This document shows, in pieces, positions 54,501 to 64,000 of a stretch of 64,000 nt of DNA. The notes under the pieces are model-generated. The model saw only the letters and a program-made list of their open reading frames with translations, did no database searches and was not told where the DNA came from. The stretch is from Auanema rhodensis (lineage: Eukaryota; Animalia; Nematoda). Positions within the stretch are counted from its first letter, which is position 1; every line of letters starts with the position of its first letter. A program made the position numbers and the translations under genes. The stretch lies in the NCBI GenBank assembly GCA_964057225.1, contig OZ059895.1, positions 20,646,001 through 20,710,000 on the forward strand. The letters run 5' to 3'.

Positions 54501-57500
54501 CGAGATATCAACTGATATAAGTTCACACTTATATCCTCGATTTTCACCCTGAAGAATTAATTTTTTCGTTGAATAACAATGTCCATCGTCTTTGCCTTGA
54601 AAAAAGGAATCTCAAAACATCTACTTTTTGCTAAATTATTCTGAAATTTTTCGAAAAAATTTTTGTCAAAATGTTTTTGGAAGCAATGTTGAGTGTACAT
54701 GGAAACTCAACATACACTAATGCATCATTTTTCAAACGATCATAACTAATTTTTGTATTGAGCGTTTCTCAATGTAGTATAGTGCATTCGATGCGGATTT
54801 TTAAGCTGCGTCGATCTGTGTTATCAGATTTGCGCTAGCTTAAAAATGCACCGAGATATCAACTGATATAAGTTCACACTTATATCCTCGATTTTCACCC
54901 TGAAGAATTAATTTTTTCGTTGAATAACAATGTCCATCGTCTTCGCCTTGAAAAAAGGAATCTAAAAACATCTACTTTTCGCTAAATTATTTTGAAATTT
55001 TTCGAAAAAATTTTTGTCAAAATGTTTTTGGAAGCAATGTTGAGTGTACATGGAAACTCAACATACACTAATGCATCATTTTTCAAACGATCATAACTAA
55101 TTTTTGTATTAAGCGTTTCTCAATGTAGTATAGTGAATTCGATGCGGATTTTTAAGCTGCGTCGATCTGTGTTATCAGATTTGCGCTAGCTTAAAAATGC
55201 ACCGAGATATCAACTGATATAAGTTCACACTTATATCCTCGATTTTCACCCTGTAGAATTAATTTTTTCGTTGAATAACATTGTCCATCGTCTTTGCCTT
55301 GAAAAAAAAAATCTGAAAACATCTACTTTTTGCTAAATTATTTTGAAATTTTTCGAAAAAATTTTTGTCAAAATGTTTTTGGAAGCAATGTTGAGTGTAC
55401 ATGGAAACTCAACATACACTAATGCATCATTTTTCAAACGATCATAACTAATTTTTGTATTAAGCGTTTCTCAATGTAGTATAGTGCATTCGATGCGGAT
55501 TTTTAAGCTGCGTCGATCTGTGTTATCAGATTTGCGCTAGCTTAAAAATGCACCGAGATATCAACTGATATAAGTTCACACTTATATCCTCGATTTTCAC
55601 CCTGAAGAATTAATTTTTTCGTTGAATAACAATGTCCATCGTCTTCGCCTTGAAAAAAGGAATCTAAAAACATCTACTTTTCGCTAAATTATTTTGAAAT
55701 TTTTCGAAAAAATTTTTGTCAAAATGTTTTTGGAAGCAATGTTGAGTGTACATGGAAACTCAACATACACTAATGCATCATTTTTCAAACGATCATAACT
55801 AATTTTTGTATTAAGCGTTTCTCAATGTAGTATAGTGAATTCGATGCGGATTTTTAAGCTGCGTCGATCTGTGTTATCAGATTTGCGCTAGCTTAAAAAT
55901 GCACCGAGATATCAACTGATATAAGTTCACACTTATATCCTCGATTTTCACCCTGAAGAATTAATTTTTTCGTTGAATAACATTGTCCATCGTCTTTGCC
56001 TTGAAAAAAAAAATCTGAAAACATCTACTTTTTGCTAAATTATTTTGAAATTTTTCGAAAAAATTTTTGTCAAAATGTTTTTGGAAGCAATGTTGAGTGT
56101 ACATGGAAACTCAACATACACTAATGCATCATTTTTCAAACGATCATAACTAATTTTTGTATTAAGCGTTTCTCAATGTAGTATAGTGCATTCGATGCGG
56201 ATTTTTAAGCTGCGTCGATCTGTGTTATCAGATTTGCGCTAGCTTAAAAATGCACCGAGATATCAACTGATATAAGTTCACACTTATATCCTCGATTTTC
56301 ACCCTGAAGAATTAATTTTTTCGTTGAATAACAATGTCCATCGTCTTCGCCTTGAAAAAAGGAATCTAAAAACATCTACGTTTCGCTAAATTATTTTGAA
56401 ATTTTTCGAAAAAATTTTTGTCAAAATGTTTTTGGAAGCAATGTTGAGTGTACATGGAAACTCAACATACACTAATGCATCATTTTTCAAACGATCATAA
56501 CTAATTTTTGTATTAAGCGTTTCTCAATGTAGTATAGTGAATTCGATGCGGATTTTTAAGCTGCGTCGATCTGTGTTATCAGATTTGCGCTAGCTTAAAA
56601 ATGCACCGAGATATCAACTGATATAAGTTCACACTTATATCCTCGATTTTCACCCTGAAGAATTAATTTTTTCGTTGAATAACATTGTCCATCGTCTTTG
56701 CCTTGAAAAAAAAAATCTGAAAACATCTACTTTTTGCTAAATTATTTTGAAATTTTTCGAAAAAATTTTTGTCAAAATGTTTTTGGAAGCAATGTTGAGT
56801 GTACATGGAAACTCAACATACACTAATGCATCATTTTTCAAACGATCATAACTAATTTTTGTATTAAGCGTTTCTCAATGTAGTATAGTGCATTCGATGC
56901 GGATTTTTAAGCTGCGTCGATCTGTGTTATCAGATTTGCGCTAGCTTAAAAATGCACCGAGATATCAACTGATATAAGTTCACACTTATATCCTCGATTT
57001 TCACCCTGAAGAATTAATTTTTTCGTTGAATAACAATGTCCATCGTCTTTGCCTTGAAAAAAGGAATCTAAAAACATCTACTTTTTGCTAAATTATTCTG
57101 AAATTTTTCGAAAAAATTTTTGTCAAAATGTTTTTGGAAGCAATGTTGAGTGTACATGGAAACTCAACATACACTAATGCATCATTTTTCAAACGATCAT
57201 AACTAATTTTTGTATTAAGCGTTTCTCAATGTAGTATAGTGCATTCGATGCGGATTTTTAAGCTGCGTCGATCTGTGTTATCAGATTTGCGCTAGCTTAA
57301 AAATGCACCGAGATATCAACTGATATAAGTTCACACTTATATCCTCGATTTTCACCCTGAAGAATTAATTTTTTCGTTGAATAACAATGTCCATCGTCTT
57401 TGCCTTGAAAAAAGGAATCTAAAAACATCTACTTTTTGCTAAATTATTCTGAAATTTTTCGAAAAAATTTTTGTCAAAATGTTTTTGGAAGCAATGTTGA

Positions 57501-57550
57501 GTGTACATGGAAACTCAACATACACTAATGCATCATTTTTCAAACGATCA
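50882..57550. repeat. 11-mer-period (3861 bp) duplication containing a dimer x3
   Basis: The private CTACGTTTCGC occurs at 52519 and 56380. Eight consecutive monomer types match (50882-53689 vs 54743-57550). Confidence 0.85.
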
Positions 57551-60500
57551 TAACTAATTTTTGTATTAAGCGTTTCTCAATGTAGTATAGTGCATTCGAT
57601 GCGGATTTTTAAGCTGCGTCGATCTGTGTTATCAGATTTGCGCTAGCTTAAAAATGCACCGAGATATCAACTGATATAAGTTCACACTTATATCCTCGAT
57701 TTTCACCCTGAAGAATTAATTTTTTCGTTGAATAACATTGTCCATCGTCTTTGCCTTGAAAAAAAAAATCTGAAAACATCTACTTTTTGCTAAATTATTT
57801 TGAAATTTTTCGAAAAAATTTTTGTCAAAATGTTTTTGGAAGCAATGTTGAGTGTACATGGAAACTCAACATACACTAATGCATCATTTTTCAAACGATC
57901 ATAACTAATTTTTGTATTAAGCGTTTCTCAATGTAGTATAGTGCATTCGATGCGGATTTTTAAGCTGCGTCGATCTGTGTTATCAGATTTGCGCTAGCTT
58001 AAAAATGCACCGAGATATCAACTGATATAAGTTCACACTTATATCCTCGATTTTCACCCTGAAGAATTAATTTTTTCGTTGAATAACAATGTCCATCGTC
58101 TTCGCCTTGAAAAAAGGAATCTAAAAACATCTACTTTTCGCTAAATTATTTTGAAATTTTTCGAAAAAATTTTTGTCAAAATGTTTTTGGAAGCAATGTT
58201 GAGTGTACATGGAAACTCAACATACACTAATGCATCATTTTTCAAACGATCATAACTAATTTTTGTATTAAGCGTTTCTCAATGTAGTATAGTGAATTCG
58301 ATGCGGATTTTTAAGCTGCGTCGATCTGTGTTATCAGATTTGCGCTAGCTTAAAAATGCACCGAGATATCAACTGATATAAGTTCACACTTATATCCTCG
58401 ATTTTCACCCTGAAGAATTAATTTTTTCGTTGAATAACATTGTCCATCGTCTTTGCCTTGAAAAAAAAAATCTGAAAACATCTACTTTTTGCTAAATTAT
58501 TTTGAAATTTTTCGAAAAAATTTTTGTCAAAATGTTTTTGGAAGCAATGTTGAGTGTACATGGAAACTCAACATACACTAATGCATCATTTTTCAAACGA
58601 TCATAACTAATTTTTGTATTAAGCGTTTCTCAATGTAGTATAGTGCATTCGATGCGGATTTTTAAGCTGCGTCGATCTGTGTTATCAGATTTGCGCTAGC
58701 TTAAAAATGCACCGAGATATCAACTGATATAAGTTCACACTTATATCCTCGATTTTCACCCTGAAGAATTAATTTTTTCGTTGAATAACAATGTCCATCG
58801 TCTTTGCCTTGAAAAAAGGAATCTAAAAACATCTACTTTTTGCTAAATTATTCTGAAATTTTTCGAAAAAATTTTTGTCAAAATGTTTTTGGAAGCAATG
58901 TTGAGTGTACATGGAAACTCAACATACACTAATGCATCATTTTTCAAACGATCATAACTAATTTTTGTATTAAGCGTTTCTCAATGTAGTATAGTGCATT
59001 CGATGCGGATTTTTAAGCTGCGTCGATCTGTGTTATCAGATTTGCGCTAGCTTAAAAATGCACCGAGATATCAACTGATATAAGTTCACACTTATATCCT
59101 CGATTTTCACCCTGAAGAATTAATTTTTTCGTTGAATAACAATGTCCATCGTCTTTGCCTTGAAAAAAGGAATCTAAAAACATCTACTTTTTGCTAAATT
59201 ATTCTGAAATTTTTCGAAAAAATTTTTGTCAAAATGTTTTTGGAAGCAATGTTGAGTGTACATGGAAACTCAACATACACTAATGCATCATTTTTCAAAC
59301 GATCATAACTAATTTTTGTATTAAGCGTTTCTCAATGTAGTATAGTGCATTCGATGCGGATTTTTAAGCTGCGTCGATCTGTGTTATCAGATTTGCGCTA
59401 GCTTAAAAATGCACCGAGATATCAACTGATATAAGTTCACACTTATATCCTCGATTTTCACCCTGAAGAATTAATTTTTTCGTTGAATAACAATGTCCAT
59501 CGTCTTTGCCTTGAAAAAAGGAATCTAAAAACATCTACTTTTTGCTAAATTATTTTGAAATTTTTCGAAAAAATTTTTGTCAAAATGTTTTTGGAAGCAA
59601 TGTTGAGTGTACATGGAAACTCAACATACACTAATGCATCATTTTTCAAACGATCATAACTAATTTTTGTATTAAGCGTTTCTCAATGTAGTATAGTGCA
59701 TTCGATGCGGATTTTTAAGCTGCGTCGATCTGTGTTATCAGATTTGCGCTAGCTTAAAAATGCACCGAGATATCAACTGATATAAGTTTACACTTATATC
59801 CTCGATTTTCACCCTGAAGAATTAATTTTTTCGTTGAATAACAATGTCCATCGTCTTTGCCTTGAAAAAAGGAATCTAAAAACATCTACTTTTTGCTAAA
59901 TTATTCTGAAATTTTTCGAAAAAATTTTTGTCAAAATGTTTTTGGAAGCAATGTTGAGTGTACATGGAAACTCAACATACACTAATGCATCATTTTTCAA
60001 ACGATCATAACTAATTTTTGTATTAAGCGTTTCTCAATGTAGTATAGTGCATTCGATGCGGATTTTTAAGCTGCGTCGATCTGTGTTATCAGATTTGCGC
60101 TAGCTTAAAAATGCACCGAGATATCAACTGATATAAGTTCACACTTATATCCTCGATTTTCACCCTGAAGAATTAATTTTTTCGTTGAATAACAATGTCC
60201 ATCGTCTTCGCCTTGAAAAAAGGAATCTAAAAACATCTACTTTTCGCTAAATTATTTTGAAATTTTTCGAAAAAATTTTTGTCAAAATGTTTTTGGAAGC
60301 AATGTTGAGTGTACATGGAAACTCAACATACACTAATGCATCATTTTTCAAACGATCATAACTAATTTTTGTATTAAGCGTTTCTCAATGTAGTATAGTG
60401 CATTCGATGCGGATTTTTAAGCTGCGTCGATCTGTGTTATCAGATTTGCGCTAGCTTAAAAATGCACCGAGATATCAACTGATATAAGTTCACACTTATA

Positions 60501-63500
60501 TCCTCGATTTTCACCCTGAAGAATTAATTTTTTCGTTGAATAACAATGTCCATCGTCTTTGCCTTGAAAAAAGGAATCTAAAAACATCTACTTTTTGCTA
60601 AATTATTTTGAAATTTTTCGAAAAAATTTTTGTCAAAATGTTTTTGGAAGCAATGTTGAGTGTACATGGAAACTCAACATACACTAATGCATCATTTTTC
60701 AAACGATCATAACTAATTTTTGTATTAAGCGTTTCTCAATGTAGTATAGTGCATTCGATGCGGATTTTTAAGCTGCGTCGATCTGTGTTATCAGATTTGC
60801 GTTAGCTTAAAAATGCACCGAGATATCAACTGATATAAGTTCACACTTATATCCTCGATTTTCACCCTGAAGAATTAATTTTTTCGTTGAATAACAATGT
60901 CCATCGTCTTTGCCTTGAAAAAAGGAATCTAAAAACATCTACTTTTTGCTAAATTATTCTGAAATTTTTCGAAAAAATTTTTGTCAAAATGTTTTTGGAA
61001 GCAATGTTGAGTGTACATGGAAACTCAACATACACTAATGCATCATTTTTCAAACGATCATAACTAATTTTTGTATTAAGCGTTTCTCAATGTAGTATAG
61101 TGCATTCGATGCGGATTTTTAAGCTGCGTCGATCTGTGTTATCAGATTTGCGCTAGCTTAAAAATGCACCGAGATATCAACTGATATAAGTTCACACTTA
61201 TATCCTCGATTTTCACCCTGAAGAATTAATTTTTTCGTTGAATAACAATGTCCATCGTCTTTGCCTTGAAAAAAGGAATCTAAAAACATCTACTTTTTGC
61301 TAAATTATTCTGAAATTTTTCGAAAAAATTTTTGTCAAAATGTTTTTGGAAGCAATGTTGAGTGTACATGGAAACTCAACATACACTAATGCATCATTTT
61401 TCAAACGATCATAACTAATTTTTGTATTAAGCGTTTCTCAATGTAGTATAGTGCATTCGATGCGGATTTTTAAGCTGCGTCGATCTGTGTTATCAGATTT
61501 GCGCTAGCTTAAAAATGCACCGAGATATCAACTGATATAAGTTCACACTTATATCCTCGATTTTCACCCTGAAGAATTAATTTTTTCGTTGAATAACATT
61601 GTCCATCGTCTTTGCCTTGAAAAAAAAAATCTGAAAACATCTACTTTTTGCTAAATTATTTTGAAATTTTTCGAAAAAATTTTTGTCAAAATGTTTTTGG
61701 AAGCAATGTTGAGTGTACATGGAAACTCAACATACACTAATGCATCATTTTTCAAACGATCATAACTAATTTTTGTATTAAGCGTTTCTCAATGTAGTAT
61801 AGTGCATTCGATGCGGATTTTTAAGCTGCGTCGATCTGTGTTATCAGATTTGCGCTAGCTTAAAAATGCACCGAGATATCAACTGATATAAGTTCACACT
61901 TATATCCTCGATTTTCACCCTGAAGAATTAATTTTTTCGTTGAATAACAATGTCCATCGTCTTCGCCTTGAAAAAAGGAATCTAAAAACATCTACTTTTC
62001 GCTAAATTATTTTGAAATTTTTCGAAAAAATTTTTGTCAAAATGTTTTTGGAAGCAATGTTGAGTGTACATGGAAACTCAACATACACTAATGCATCATT
62101 TTTCAAACGATCATAACTAATTTTTGTATTAAGCGTTTCTCAATGTAGTATAGTGAATTCGATGCGGATTTTTAAGCTGCGTCGATCTGTGTTATCAGAT
62201 TTGCGCTAGCTTAAAAATGCACCGAGATATCAACTGATATAAGTTCACACTTATATCCTCGATTTTCACCCTGAAGAATTAATTTTTTCGTTGAATAACA
62301 TTGTCCATCGTCTTTGCCTTGAAAAAAAAAATCTGAAAACATCTACTTTTTGCTAAATTATTTTGAAATTTTTCGAAAAAATTTTTGTCAAAATGTTTTT
62401 GGAAGCAATGTTGAGTGTACATGGAAACTCAACATACACTAATGCATCATTTTTCAAACGATCATAACTAATTTTTGTATTAAGCGTTTCTCAATGTAGT
62501 ATAGTGCATTCGATGCGGATTTTTAAGCTGCGTCGATCTGTGTTATCAGATTTGCGCTAGCTTAAAAATGCACCGAGATATCAACTGATATAAGTTCACA
62601 CTTATATCCTCGATTTTCACCCTGAAGAATTAATTTTTTCGTTGAATAACAATGTCCATCGTCTTTGCCTTGAAAAAAGGAATCTAAAAACATCTACTTT
62701 TTGCTAAATTATTCTGAAATTTTTCGAAAAAATTTTTGTCAAAATGTTTTTGGAAGCAATGTTGAGTGTACATGGAAACTCAACATACACTAATGCATCA
62801 TTTTTCAAACGATCATAACTAATTTTTGTATTAAGCGTTTCTCAATGTAGTATAGTGCATTCGATGCGGATTTTTAAGCTGCGTCGATCTGTGTTATCAG
62901 ATTTGCGCTAGCTTAAAAATGCACCGAGATATCAACTGATATAAGTTCACACTTATATCCTCGATTTTCACCCTGAAGAATTAAATTTTTCGTTGAATAA
63001 CATTGTCCATCGTCTTTGCCTTGAAAAAAAAAATCTGAAAACATCTACTTTTTGCTAAATTATTTTGAAATTTTTCGAAAAAATTTTTGTCAAAATGTTT
63101 TTGGAAGCAATGTTGAGTGTACATGGAAACTCAACATACACTAATGCATCATTTTTCAAACGATCATAACTAATTTTTGTATTAAGCGTTTCTCAATGTA
63201 GTATAGTGCATTCGATGCGGATTTTTAAGCTGCGTCGATCTGTGTTATCAGATTTGCGCTAGCTTAAAAATGCACCGAGATATCAACTGATATAAGTTCA
63301 CACTTATATCCTCGATTTTCACCCTGAAGAATTAATTTTTTCGTTGAATAACAATGTCCATCGTCTTCGCCTTGAAAAAAGGAATCTAAAAACATCTACT
63401 TTTCGCTAAATTATTTTGAAATTTTTCGAAAAAATTTTTGTCAAAATGTTTTTGGAAGCAATGTTGAGTGTACATGGAAACTCAACATACACTAATGCAT

Positions 63501-64000
63501 CATTTTTCAAACGATCATAACTAATTTTTGTATTAAGCGTTTCTCAATGTAGTATAGTGAATTCGATGCGGATTTTTAAGCTGCGTCGATCTGTGTTATC
63601 AGATTTGCGCTAGCTTAAAAATGCACCGAGATATCAACTGATATAAGTTCACACTTATATCCTCGATTTTCACCCTGAAGAATTAATTTTTTCGTTGAAT
63701 AACAATGTCCATCGTCTTCGCCTTGAAAAAAGGAATCTAAAAACATCTACTTTTTGCTAAATTATTTTGAAATTTTTCGAAAAAATTTTTGTCAAAATGT
63801 TTTTGGAAGCAATGTTGAGTGTACATGGAAACTCAACATACACTAATGCATCATTTTTCGAACGATCATAACTAATTTTTGTATTAAGTGTTTCTCAATG
63901 TAGTATAGTGCATTCGATGCGGATTTTTAAGCTGCGTCGATCTGTGTTATCAGATTTGCGCTAGCTTAAAAATGCACCGAGATATCAACTGATATAAGTT

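Larger units (their letters stand above)
1..64000. repeat. 351-bp AT-rich tandem satellite DNA array (182 full monomers plus 132 bp partial), head-to-tail, probably extending past both window edges
   Basis: TAACTAATTTTTGTATT recurs at 1, 352, 703, 1054 ... 63518, 63869. The summed indels I tallied (-14 bp) match the observed start of copy 183 (63869 vs 63883 expected). Monomer 1 has 58 C + 54 G in 351 bp. Confidence 0.99.

Noticed and set aside
1-64000. CRISPR array or attC cassette array suggested by regularly spaced palindromes
   Set aside because: There are no unique spacers or cassettes: the sequence between palindromes is as conserved as the palindromes. No cas or integrase gene is present.

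Overview
The whole 64,000-bp window is one uninterrupted head-to-tail satellite DNA array: 182 complete monomers of 351 bp (range 349-352) plus a 132-bp partial copy at the right edge. GC content is about 32% (hand count of monomer 1), and monomers differ from each other by only a few substitutions. I found no credible gene, RNA gene, transposon, CRISPR array or strand inversion. The five supplied ORFs are chance read-throughs in variant monomers. The size and homogeneity point to eukaryotic (peri)centromeric or heterochromatic satellite, but the host and family cannot be identified from sequence alone. The structure worth following up lies in two places. (i) The monomer is densely packed with dyad symmetries (five stem-loop or palindromic elements) and carries an A/T-tract block. 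(ii) Monomer variants, which I traced by eye through all copies, record a patchwork of short-lived, often nested higher-order repeats (2-, 3-, 4-, 5-, 6-, 11/12- and 20-mers, each in only 2-3 copies). They also define two haplotype domains separated by a more divergent zone at about 26.7-32.6 kb. I did not find a new protein-coding system here. Monomer positions ('pos') are counted from the TAACTAATTT at base 1, which is an arbitrary phase.
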